Assembly: GCA_030704615.1 (NCBI GenBank)
Contig: CM060733.1
Coordinates: 18,476,001 to 18,540,000, forward strand
Length of the DNA stretch: 64,000 nucleotides
Reading direction: 5' to 3'
Origin: Takakia lepidozioides
Taxonomy: Eukaryota; Plantae; Bryophyta
Shown here: positions 46,401 to 58,429 of the stretch, piece after piece
How the letters are laid out: each line of letters opens with the position of its first letter
Position numbering within the stretch: position 1 is the first letter of the stretch
Position numbers and translations under genes: made by a program
Notes under the pieces: generated by a model
Database searches by the model: none
Seen by the model: the letters and a program-made list of their open reading frames with translations, nothing else
What the model was told of the DNA's origin: nothing

Positions 46401-47178
46401 GATGCCAAAAGTGGCATCATGAGCGATCGCAAGCAATGTTGTTGCAGTAAGGCGATTCGATCCTCGGGGAGGATCGTTCCTTGGCCTTGAAGTAGGCCAA
46501 GAAGAGTGCACTGGGAGGAGCTGGAGAGGCTCCACCTTTGGCCGGGACTTGGAGGAAGTCGGCCGAACTAGCTAGTGGAGAGTAGAGTCAAGTGTGGGGT
46601 TTGGTTCTTTGCAATGGGACGCCATGGTGTGGAAACAAACTCCTTGATGTGGGACGCCACAACTTGGATGTTCGTTTCTACAAAATGGACAAGTCGATGA
46701 GGACATCGACTCCCTGTTGGTAGGGGTGTGTGTCGCGGCCCTTTGCCTTGAGGGCAGGGGGTCGGGACACATGAGGGGCTGCCCCTGTGGTGGGGGCAGC
46801 GGCAGCGATAGGTATGGGGGGGCTGAAGCACCCTTGAGTGCCCAAGGCACTCAAGGAGGCGGAGGCGCTCACTAGGTGGAGCCCCGCACACCGGGTTGCG
46901 GTGGGGGTGGCTCCACAAGGGGTGGTGGTAGCTTAGCGGGACTTAGTGGGGGTGGCATAGGACTCACCATGGGGGAGTCGTGGTGGAGTCTTGGGACTCA
47001 TCACGGTCCATAGGGGCCGTGGTGAGTGGGCCAAGACTCACCGCGACTCATCACCGGGAGTCGAGGGTTTTCGTGGTGGTTCGCCATAAATGGCATGGCT
47101 GGTTGTGAAACCCCCGCGGACAGCTACAGAAGTATATATAAGGGGAGTAGTGACCCTGAGAACGGTGCAAGCCCGTTG
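40492..47178 (+). mobile_element. Chromovirus (Galadriel-like) LTR retrotransposon inserted in the LINE
   Basis: 5' LTR 40492-41218 (TGTCGCG...CGCGACA), PBS-Met at 41221-41232, 3' LTR 46731-47178 (truncated). Confidence 0.93.
41274..45827 (+). pseudogene. Single-frame gag-pol with a C-terminal chromodomain; two in-frame TAG codons and RT YIDN
   Basis: [67 protein letters not shown]; stops at 41838 and 44490. Confidence 0.93.
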
Positions 47179-47451
47179 ATTTTCTTCCTTCTTTAAGATT
47201 GTTGGGTTGAGCTTGAAGTATCCCCACACTCTGGAGTAAGATCTAGGAGGAGTGATTGAGGTGGCCACCTCCGCATGATCAAAATCTGGAAGAATCGGGC
47301 CTTGAGGGAGGCATTGCGACCAGGATAAAGGTGAATGGGAGCAGTACACTCGATCCAACCTGGCCATGTTGAGGTTGGGGGGGAGCCTCATGTTTGACCA
47401 AGTAAACTTCAAACTATCGGCTGTAGCAGCAAAAACATCCAAAAACATCAA
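47179..47451 (-). mobile_element. LINE ORF2 endonuclease C-terminal part (continuation of 38232-40491)
   Basis: FTW..ARLDRVY..DH..GYFKLN. Confidence 0.88.
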
Positions 47452-47985
47452 ATCTTTATTATAAAGGACATTGGTTCTTGTATACTACCTACGAGACCTG
47501 TATAACATAACAATTTTTTCGCAAATTGGATGAACTATAAGAATGCTATGGACTTTTGAATCACAAACACTATTTTGTCATCGGCACAGTTTTTTGTGCT
47601 ATGGACTCTAAAAAACATATCTAAGTGTAACCAATTTTGTAAGGCCAAAAAGCCATTTGGTAGAAATTGTGCAATGTTTCAATGGGTGAAAGCAGTTTGA
47701 AAATCTATCAAATTTTGACCAAGCTATGGACTTTTTTATACACCCAAAAACAAGCGTTTTTCATTTGTCCATAGCATATTGTCTTTTGGGTCTTTGGGGA
47801 ATAATCTTTTACTGACAAATTTACAAACATATAATCTAGGATGGCTAGGTGGTATATGGACAAATGGTCATAGATTCTAAGATTTGATTCCTAAAAGTTT
47901 TTTCCAATTAAAGATTAAATTTTATAATAAATAATATCTATAATATTTGGGGTTAGACTAAAGATGTTAAGTATAATATTGTCTA

Positions 47986-48842
47986 AGGTAGTGGCATCTA
48001 GAAGTGTGCGTTGCCTTATTCTGTCCCCTATTTTTGTTTAATGAAGTTACTATTTTCATCCCAATAATGTGCACTTTTGCGATGGAGGCAGCTCAAGGTT
48101 AATTACTGCTTTGGATTAGGTACAATATGGGGTGTTTTGGAGTATAAGGGGCTTAATTAATGGTGGATTAGTGGAGCTAATTATACAGCCGCTTAGTGAT
48201 TTTTATTTCAAATTCCTCGTTCATTTTTTAAAGTGGAGGCGGCTGTTTTGGGACAATGGCCAGCCAGGCATGAATGCAATGGTTCACTTTATATGGTGCT
48301 ACAATACACACATTTTATCATGCTTCAATTTGCGGGAGAATTGGAAATGAGGGAGCCGTGGACTCTTCCAGCTGTGTATGAGGGGTCTGCTCATTTAGGG
48401 TTCTGAGATTGACATGTATGAGGAGTTGTAGGTCAACTCAGGGCAGACTTAGGGGTCCTACTTGATACGTGTATGGTCAGATTTTCTAGAGGTCGTCATC
48501 CGTGCAGGGAAAGTTTTGGGGAATTCCGCTTTGGGAGGCAGCTACTTCTGGGCCCACACATTGCCTGATTTTGGTAATTTTTGGGGAAAGGTATAGGTAC
48601 ACACCTTGTGCACTCAGGGGGGAATATATGGCATTACAGGAGGGACCTATTGAGCAGAAGTGGGATAATATGTTACTTTGACTTTGATAATTCATACATA
48701 ATACATCCGCGATTGGAAAATTATGTGCTTTGCACAAGTGATTGTTAGTTCATTTGCTATTCTGCTCATATAATTTTCGTGACACTGCACCCTTTGGAGC
48801 AGTGCACACCGCTTAAAAGCACACTTCTAGATACCACTACCT
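47986..48842. mobile_element. MITE-like element with 24-bp TIRs flanked by TA
   Basis: AGGTAGTGGCATCTAGAAGTGTGC ... GCACACTTCTAGATACCACTACCT (one mismatch). Confidence 0.85.
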
Positions 48843-49152
48843 TATCTTTACAAGAATCAAACTGAAAAAACATGCTTTAAAAATAAAATAAAATAAATAA
48901 AAATGAAAAACGTCTCATGGACGTCACCATCTGCCAAAAGTGAGACACCCTATCCTGCAACTACCCGACGATGATCACAAATCCACGGAAATTAGTGTAA
49001 ATCCACGATAATGGGACCAACACTTTGAAGTGCTGGAACGTGAGCCTGGGGCAGGCTCATAGGCTCGTGGGGCTAGCTGGCTCACATTCTAGCATTCCCC
49101 AAGCATGTATTTTCTATCAGGTCACTTGATATATATGTATCAAATCACCTAT

Positions 49153-49237
49153 AGGGCCCACCCCCGAAAGGGGGCAGTAGCCGTAAGGCGAAACGACTCT
49201 TAGTTACGCCGGCTTTGGCCGGAGTCTTCTCTCTCTA
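49153..49237 (+). other. Structured multi-hairpin element, homologous to the 3' part of the neighbouring SINE
   Basis: CCCCC-GAAA-GGGGG, GCC-GTAA-GGC and CCGGC-TTTG-GCCGG hairpins; (TC)n tail. Confidence 0.6.
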
Positions 49238-49299
49238 TGTATCCATTAACATACTATAGTCAGTTCAAATAATCCCTTCAAGTCTCAATATCTTTCTAT

Positions 49300-49483
49300 C
49301 TATATATATATATATATGACGCCTCCCGAAGGGAGCGTAACTTATGGTGTCTCTTCACCACAATGGCTACTGCCTTCAGCTGAAAGGTGGACACCTTCAT
49401 GACACACTAAACCGTGGTTTGAACCCACAGCCACATCCAACGTGGTATGTGCCCATTACCAGGCTACATGCTGGTTGTCTCTA
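49300..49483 (-). mobile_element. tRNA-derived SINE-like element
   Basis: A-box-like TAGCCTGGTAATGG, B-box GGTTCAAACC, structured 3' end, (TA)n tail. Confidence 0.6.
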
Positions 49484-50575
49484 TCAATATACATAACAAT
49501 CACCATTCTTGCCAAACACATGAAATTTGATGGCTCATGTCAAACTCCAATCTCACAAAAGATAAATATAACTTTCACATTGAATGCAAGTACACCCTAA
49601 GTGGATGGAAATGCCATCCATCATTAGGGAAGAGAGAATCCAAAATCTAACACTTTACCTCTTTGAGAACAAAATCTCCGAAGTCCATATACATTTCATT
49701 CAATGCTTCTTTTTTATTTTGGATGATATTTAGATTTTTGAACATTATAGAAGTTGGAGCCGGACAAAGATGACTTGTTACATTGTCAAATTTCAAACTT
49801 AGTGATCAAGCTCCTAATTTTTGTGGCACTTGTAGTTTATTTATCAATCATGTCAGAAGTCGAAGGAGCTAGGGGAGAATGTCAATTTCCAAGCAATCTA
49901 CAGAATTGAAGGCCACATATTTTAAAAGAAGCATTCTTTTGGAATGTTCGTATTCCAAAGAACGATCTACATGTATCGAAATTGACTCAATTTTTAACGT
50001 TGGATTGGTCATCATTAACATGCTTCGTCTGTTGGCGTGCGGATCGACATCATAATTACCGATATCAATAAATGGATGATTGACAACAGCAATATCAGAC
50101 GCGATATGAAAGAGACGCAGTACAATTTGCACCCCTATCATAGACACGATGCACGTGACTGATCCAACAAGTGAACACTGTTATGTTACACCTAAAGAAA
50201 TCATATGCGCAATTGCATATCTCATGGAATGTCAAGCTCATAACTAGGTGAACAAATTAATGATTCTTGTGGCACCAATGAACAGAATATAAGATTGCAA
50301 TTTGTTCATTACCAACCATCCCGCAAAGCTCAAATTTAAGAAGTTGGGAGAGAGACAACAACTTCCAAGCTCAATTTGCAAATTGAAGGCAACACAACTT
50401 TTGAAAGAAGCGTCTACAATGGAAATTTGAGATGTATTGGCTATTATGTTAGGTGAACCATGCCATTAGGCTTACAACTAGTTGGGTAGGATTATAAGTA
50501 TCTTTACATCCACTACATATAATATCAATTGTTATTGTTATTCACTACAATATTGTCTCTGAATCTAGGATCAAT

Positions 50576-51618
50576 GGGGGGGGGTTTGTGTAGCCTCTCA
50601 TTTTAAGATAATAGGGTCTTCAATGAGCACGTGCGATGTGTCCGGTGGGCCCCGCGCACGGACGCCCGGCTCCGCCCGCCTCGCCCGCCGCTGCGCGCAA
50701 TCGCCCAACGCGCCCGCGCGGCCAGTCCCCCGCCCATGAGTCCGTTGCCCTCCAGTCTGCTAGTCCGCCAGTCTGCCCGCCAGTCCGCTGGTTAGTCCCC
50801 TGCCATCCAGTCCGCTGACGACGCAGGATCTCCACCATCCATTCCCATAACCCATCCGAGCCCTCCATTTTTAGGGCTGCAATTCAAACCTTTATCCCTG
50901 CCGCCTGCCACTTGCCAGCAGCCGCGAACGTGCGCACTGTTTTCCTGGCACATTGTCGATCGTGTCCTGGGTACTGTGGCGCGTTTCTTGCATGTTCATA
51001 AGCGTGTCTTTTGTACTGTATAGGGCATGGACGTGGAAGCAAAACCCGATGATATATTGATCACAGAAAACCCGCTTATACGGCCTCTTCGACAATGTTT
51101 GCAAACAGCAAAACCAAGACCCTTCAACAGGAAGGATCTCCATTGGAAGAGTGAGACGCAATATGGGTTTATGGGTGTGCGAGTGAATGTTGAAAAGGCC
51201 TGCATACCTTGGGATAGAGTTGGTGACTTTGTCCTGGGAGATGAGAATTTGGAGGACTACCCCACTTAGTTTTGGGTGAATGTCCATTCTAAAGTAAAAC
51301 CCGGCTCACGAAAAGCGCCCAGAGCCAACACATTCATGTCCAGTATTATGTGGGCACCATCCTCAGTCATTTTGACGTTTCATTGCATGTCTGTTTCCAT
51401 TTTTTGTTTCACGAGTTCTTTGATTTTATGCTTCCTCAAGTCGTTGGATATCGATTTTTGAATTTTCTGTCCAGGTATCAATGCTACTATGGTCCTGATG
51501 ACAAGCGCACCAACAAGGCAATAGTGGAGGATCCAAAACAGAAGCGTGGAGGACCACTTGTGGGTGCTGGAACATCTTGCCCTCATAAAGGCCCAAGGAG
51601 AAAGAAGTCGGAGTATGG
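50576..51618 (+). mobile_element. Left part of a Mutator-like element, interrupted by Gypsy family B
   Basis: Terminus shared with 6214-6542; followed by transposase-like exons. Confidence 0.7.
51027..51618 (+). pseudogene. N-terminus of a plant SWIM/MULE transposase-like protein (At4g13970-like), intron 51350-51474
   Basis: FNRKDLHW..ACIPWDRVGDFVLGDE..PT*F; GT-AG splicing restores IMYQCYYGPDD. Confidence 0.7.
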
Positions 51619-52619
51619 TGTTGGAGGACAGTCTGGGACTTAAACACTTTTACTAGATCTGTGGGGTACCCTTAATTTTTGCACAGACTGAGACCAACAG
51701 GAGCCTTAGGGATGACAGCAGCGCACTTTAGGGGGGGTTACACAGCTCGTCACAGCCAACACAGCCCGTCACAGCCAACACAGCTCGTCATAGCCAACAC
51801 AGCCCGTCACAGTCCGACACAGTCCGACACAGCCGACACAGCCAGTCACAGCTTGACACAGCTGACACAGTCCAACACAGTCGCACAGCCAGTCAAAGCT
51901 TGACACAGCTGTCACGACCATAGGGAACGGATAGCAGGACAGGGAACGACTGTGGGGAACAACATTTGCGAATGGAACATGTTAGTTCACGGGTGACGGT
52001 TAGTGAGGGAAACGGTTAGAACAACGGGTAGGAAGATAAAGCGAGGAGCGAGGAGTGGAAAATGATCACTTCTTGGGGGAACTTCGGATATCACTGGGGG
52101 AAATGAGGCAGAGAGCGTATCTCTTAGTAGAAAGAGGGAGAGCACGGAGTAGGAGGAGGATCTATTGATGCTTAATGAATGCAGGCAGTAGAATTGTAAT
52201 GTATAGCAGATTAGAGACTCCATGGCTTCAGCGTGATACTTGATAGATATTAATCTGATACACACTTCATACTCACACTGTGTAGAGAGATCTGAGTGAA
52301 GTTGTGGAATGAATGGATGAGTTGATGGAATCCGATAGATTGATGAAGCAAACTGATACTTAATTACCAGCAGTAAGGTAACTAGCTAACATGAATGCAG
52401 GAAGGAAAACAAATAGGAAACACCCCCATGATACATTAGCTGTAGGTCATGACTGATTGTTCTGAGCGGGCTGAGTACTTAGAGATTTCCAACTCTTCTA
52501 TCTTGGAGTTTCCGCCTCGGATAGCGAAGGGATGGGTGAGTAAAAGCCGCGCGACATTTGGCGACCATACTGGGGAACTGGGTCATGAACAACCAGATGT
52601 GACAGGCATCAGGTGGGAT

Positions 52620-53144
52620 CATGGTGGTTGGAGAATTAAATAATTTGATGTGAATCAAATTTCTTGTGAAACTGAGAAGGAAAGATTGTCCAAACGATTC
52701 TTCCAGAGGTTTTTGGAATTGCCAGACGGTTGTAAAGAAAACATTCTTAAGAGAGTGCATGATGCTGACCCTGAGTGGGGTCTGGAGAAAGGAGTGATAA
52801 AGATTTATCAGGTGGCCTGTAGAGGAAGAGCACGTTGGTTACCAACATTGGTTTATGTGATAGCATTGCTATCCATTAAGCGAGTAGAGTTTGAAGGCTG
52901 GGAGGAAAGAAAGGTGAATGTTTATACTCATATGCATGAAGAGCTTGTACTGGTAAAGAATTGGATTCCAAAGGATATTTTGTGGATCAAACTCACACCA
53001 AGAATAGCTTTCCAGACTTGTTTGCCATATGGTTATATGGTAACGGAGACTTCAAGTATAGCCAAGGGTGCATTGAAGCTTGAAAGAAACCCAGGCATAT
53101 ACGAGAGATATTACAGAAGAGAGTTTTGGTTATTGCCACATTAA
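52620..53144 (+). pseudogene. Extra ORF upstream of gag in family B, with an F-box-like segment
   Basis: FLELPDGCKENILKRVHDAD; a frameshifted homologue lies at 57049-57570. Confidence 0.45.
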
Positions 53145-53533
53145 AAGAAATGAAAGACATGGGACATGAGTGATGAAAGAGAAGCTAGACGCCAGAGATA
53201 TTCAGTAAAAAGAGAAAGCTATCTGAAAGCTAATTATCCATATCTTTGGGAGAGAGGAATAGACATAGGGGAATCATCTGGACCTCTCACACCATTAAGA
53301 TCAGAGAGTACATCACCCATACCGGAAGAACTAGAGTTGGATGCACTCCTTCTGTTTCTTTGCAAGAAAGATTAAGGGAATTGGTACGGGAAGAAGATCA
53401 ATCACGAGGTGAAAGATCTGAGGTACATCCCTGGATAAAAGATTTGACATAAATCTTTGATAAGAGTTGGCATGGAACACCAAAAGCAGGAACTCCAGTT
53501 TTTGAAGCGGAAGGTGAAGAAGGAGGAGAGGAT

Positions 53534-56002
53534 GTGGCAGAGCCAACGGAGAGTTCAGACTCTCCAACACCATTGCAGTTGAGTTACATGAGTGAAGAAG
53601 AAACCCAAGGGCAGAACTTGGAGGATGTAAACAGAGAGAAGAAATTGGAAGAGGAAGAGTATGAAGAAGTAGACCCAACAGCTGAGGTTGAGACTACAAC
53701 CAGGACATCCCAACCCGTTGGACCTAGATCAAGTGGAGCACTTGGATCACAGGCCAACGAAGGTGTCGGCTCAGGGGGATCAGGCGGGCTGCCTGGATCT
53801 GGCTCTGGGGGGACATGGAGTGTGGGAAGTAGTGCAACTGAAGCTGGAAATACTGTGAATATAGTGGGGCCAGTAGCAGGGAGAGCTCAATGGCCACCAC
53901 TTGGTGAAAGATCCACCACAACAACAACAGGTCCTGAAGGACCAGCACCAGCAAGGGTGCCAGTACCTGTCAGTGGGCAGAAGGTAGGGCCACAGATGGC
54001 GTTACAACCAACACGGGCAAAACCACCTTTTCCAATATATTCATGAAAAGGGGATCCCGATGTACACATTAGCCAATTTGAGCACATGTGTATAGTGAAC
54101 AATGAGAATGGTGATGATGCCAAGATGAGATTGTTCCCTTGTTCACTTATCAAGAAAGCAAGTGAATGGTATGCAAGATTCCATGATAATCATTTCCTAA
54201 CCTGGAATGGCTTGAATACAGCATTCCGAAATAGGTTCAGGACAAGTAAAACTGAGGATGAAGTGTATGGAAGTTTACAACAGTTAAAGCAAAAGAAGCA
54301 TGAAACTGTTGAGGAGTATATGAAAAAGATGGAATTGATGATGAAAAAGCTGGTGATCATTGTTTCTTCTTGGCTGGGGCTGCACCTGATGCACCCTTAC
54401 TTGCCTAGGTTCTCTTGCAGCTGTCCTTCTGTTGTAGTAACAATTCTCAGTAGAATGGTTATCCATTTTACAGATAGTACAATGTTTCTCCTTCATGTGG
54501 CATTTTGTGGTGGTATGGCCTTCATTCTGGCACTTTGCACACCATACACCCTTCCTCCAATGTGTTGCAGCCTCTGTGGCATACTTCTTCAAGATTTCTT
54601 CCAATCTTTTCTCATAGTTATCCCTCTTCAACTTCTCCTTTCTCTTACTCTTCCTTTTTAGTTCTTGCTCTTCTTCTTCATCTGACTCATCCTCAGAGTC
54701 CTCATCATCCTTTTTCTCTCTCCTGAGCATTCCCAATTGCTCAATTCTGTTTGCAGTTTCAAATGCCTCCTCCACTGTATTATGGGGTAACATATCCACT
54801 TTCTTTTGCAACTCTGGTCTTAGTCCACTCACAAACCAAGTCTTCTGTAAACCTGGTGCTGGTACTGCAGACCACTATGGTAGGTCTGGTGGTTATAACA
54901 ATGGCATGGAAGGGAGAGGTAATTCAAGAGGAAATCAAGGAAATTCCAGAGGCAACTATCAGGGTAATCCAAGGGGGAATTACCAGCCCGGGAATCTGGA
55001 TTACATAAATAATCCAAGAACAGACCAAGGGCGAGGACCCAATGGTAAAGAACTATGTTACTATTGTAATCAGCCAGGACATCGCAAGGCAGCCTGTTCA
55101 TTCTGGATTAGACACCAAAATGAGATGAGAGCTCCTGTGAATGAGGGCCCAGTGGTGGCAGCTCACATGGTTAGGCCATGTGTTGTACCAGAAGTAAGTA
55201 CAATGATAGTAACCAGAAGCAAAGCCAAATTAATACCTCCAGTAGTTGAGGAAGATGATGATAATGAAGGTGGCAGTGATATGCCTGAAGATGAAGAGAC
55301 TTGGAAAGATGAGAAGGAACTGCACAAGGAAGTGGCAGATACCATAAGGGAAATGCAGAAGAGTACTGATATTCCTGTGGCAGATTCCTCTGATTCTGAT
55401 GGAGAAGAAGAGTGAGTGAGGAGAAAGGAAGAAAGAAGATGCAGACATGCAAAGTAATGAAGAGACTTTGGCTGAAGTAATATGCCAGACCAAAGCAGAG
55501 ATTACCATTGGACAGCTATTGGCTGTGGCACCTTATTGTAGGCACAGGCTGTATCAAGCAATCAATCGAATTGCCCAGAAGACAGGAAACACAGACCTGA
55601 ACAGCAATGTGACCAGTTATAATGTGAAGCCGGAAGGGCGAGAAACAGTCATGGACTTTGATGATTCTATGCCAGTAATCCAATTGAGAATTTGAAGCAC
55701 AGAAGTAACTGATGTACTGATAGATGGAGGCTCAAGAGTAAATATCATGATAGACCAATTAAGAAATAAGCTTGGCCTAAGTAACATGAAACCAACCCCA
55801 TTTACAGTAACAATGGCAGATCAAAGAAGTATACACGCCATTGGGATTAATAAGAGGAGTTAAGATACAGATACAGAAGATGATCTTATGATCACAGTAA
55901 CTGTGTTGAAGATGGATGAAGTCATGGAGGCTTACTCCTTATTATTGGGACGTCCGTGGCTGAAACAGGCCAGGGTATTCCATGACTGGAATTCTTAGTT
56001 AC
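53534..56002 (+). pseudogene. gag: gag-protease of B1 with an internal inversion at 54355-54870
   Basis: Plus strand RLFPCSL..EWY..ETVEEY; minus strand WFVSGLRPE..CAKC..H..C, CTIC..H..C; plus strand resumes to CYYCNQPGHRKAAC. Confidence 0.85.
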
Positions 56003-58429
56003 TGTTAGAGGACTGTCTGGGACTTAGACACTTATACGGGATCTGTAAGGTACCCTTAATTTTTGCACAGACTGAGACCCAACAGGAGCCTTAGGGGTGA
56101 CAGCAGCGCACTGTAGAGGGGGGTTACACAGCTCGTCACAGCCAACATAGCCCGTCACAGTCGTCACAGCCGCCAGACAGTCAGTCACAGCCCGACCAGC
56201 CCACAGCCACACAGCCCGTCACAGCCACACAGCCACACAACCAGTCACAGCCCGACACAGCCAAACACAGTCGCACAGCCAGTCACAGCCCGTCACAGTT
56301 TCACACAGCCAATCACAGCTTGACACAGCTGTCACGACCATAGGGAACGGAGAGCAGGACAGGGAATGACTGTGGGAACAACACCTGCAAATGGAACATG
56401 TTAGTTCACACGACGGTTAGTGAGGGAAACGGTTAGAGCCACGGTAGGAAGATAAAGCGAGAAGCAAGGACTGGAAGGGGGATTATTCTTGAGGCACTGG
56501 AGGGGATGACTTCTTGGTCATGCAGGAGAGGGGATCGGGGCAGAGAGGAAGAACGGAAGCAAAGATGGAGAGCACGGTGAAGGAGGAGAGATGATTAGTA
56601 GATGCTTGTTATATGCAAAGCTGTAGTGATATTGTAGAGCAGATTAGAGACACAATGCTTCGGCCTGATACCTGAATAAATCATAATCTGATACTTATAC
56701 GATACAATCACACTGTGTAGAGAGATCTGAGTGAAGCTGTGGAATGAATGGATGAGTTGATGGAATCTGATAGATTGATGAAGCAAACTGATACTTAATT
56801 ATCAATGGTAAGTTAGCTAACATGAATGCCAAAATGGAAACAAATAGGAAACACCCCCATGATACACGCTGTAGGTCATGACTGATTGTTCTCCGCGGGC
56901 TGAGTACTTAGAGATTCCAACTCTTCTATCTTGGAGTTTCCGCCTCGGATAGCGAAGGGATGGGTGAGTAAAAGCCGCGCGACATTTGGCGACCATACTG
57001 GGGAACTAAGTCATGAACAACCAGATGTGACAGGCATCTGGTGGGATCATGGTGGTTGGACCATTAAAAGAATTTGAAGTGAATCAAATTCCCTGTGGAA
57101 CGAAGGAAGAAAGATTGTCCAAACAATTCTTTCAAAGGTTCTTGGAATTGCCAGACGGTTGTAAAGAAAATATTCTTAAGCGACTGCATGATGCTGATCC
57201 GGAATGGGGTCTGGAGAAAGATGATAAAGATTTATCAGGTAGCCTGTAGAGGAAGAGCACGTTGGTTACCAACGTTGGTTTATGTGATAGCATTGCTATC
57301 CATTAAGCGAGTAGAGTTTGAAGGCTGGGAAGAAAGAAAGGTGAATGTTTATACTCATGGCATGAAGAGCTTGTACTGGTAAAGAATTGGATTCAAAGGA
57401 TATTTTGTGGATCAAACTCACACCAAGAACAGCTTTCCAGACTTGTTTGCCATAGGTTATATGGTAACGGAGACCTTCAAGTATACCAAAGGTGCATTGA
57501 ACCTTGAAAGAACCCATGCATATACGAGAGATTATTAAAAGAGAGTTTGGTTATTTTGTGGCCACATTGAAAAAATGAAAGACAGGGGACATGAGTGAGG
57601 AAGAGAAGCTAGACGCCAGAGCTATTAGTAAAAAGAGAAAGCTATCTGAAAGGGGCTACTTATCCATATCTTTGGGAGAGCGGATAGACATAGGGGAATC
57701 TCTGGACTCTCACACCATTAATATCAGAGATGACATACCCTACCTGAAGAACTAGAGGTTGGTGCACCCTTCTGTTTCTTTGCAAGAAAGATTAAGGGAA
57801 TGGGTACGGGAAGAAGATCAATCACGAGGTGAAAGATCTGAGGTACATCCCTGGATAAAAGATTTGACATAATCTTTATAAGAGTTGGCATGGACACAAA
57901 GCCAGAATCCGATTTCTAAGCGAGGTGAAGAAGAGGAGAGCTGTGGCAAGAGCCAACGAGATTTCAGACTCTCCAACACCATTGCAGTTGAGTTACATGA
58001 GTGAAGAAGAAACCCAAGGACAGAACTTGGAGGATGGAAACAGAGAGAAGAAATTGGAAGAGGAAGAATATGAAGAAGTAGACCCAACAGCTGAGGTTGA
58101 GACTACAACCAGGACATCCCAACCCGTTGGACCTGGATCAAGTGAAGCACACTTGGATCACAGGCCAACGAAGGTGTCGGCTCAGGGGATCAGGCGGGCT
58201 GCCTGGATCTGGCTCTGGGGGGACAGGGAGTGTGGGAAGTAGTGCAACTGAAGCTGGGAATACTGTGAATATCGTGGGGCCAGTAGCAGGGAGTGCTCAA
58301 GGGCCACCACTTGGTGGAGGAAACACAGACCTGAACAGCAAGGTGACCAGTTATAATGTGAAGCCGGAAGGGCGAGAAACAGTCATGGACTTTGATGATT
58401 CTATGCCAGTAATCCAATTGAGAATTTGA

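Larger units (their letters stand above)
51619..56002 (+). mobile_element. Gypsy family B copy 1 (Athila-like), interrupted in the protease region by copy 2
   Basis: LTR 51619-52556 (TG...CA), PBS TGGCGACCATACTGGGGA at 52559-52576 (tRNA-Arg-like), gag with CCHC knuckles, LIDGGS protease. Confidence 0.88.

Noticed and set aside
49170-49230. Hammerhead ribozyme (stem + GAAAC)
   Set aside because: The CUGANGA core is absent (CAGTA instead), and an HDV-like P3/L3 could not be built either.
49550-50460. Possible host gene remnant (92-aa minus ORF at 49869-50147)
   Set aside because: No recognisable motif or splice structure.
50543-50550. CACTACAA as a CACTA terminus
   Set aside because: No subterminal repeats and no matching partner end.
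6214-50880. Inverted copies at 6214-6542 and 50576-50880 as TIRs of one 44-kb element
   Set aside because: The G/C-run ends face each other and the transposase at 51027 lies outside the interval, so they are better read as ends of two separate elements.
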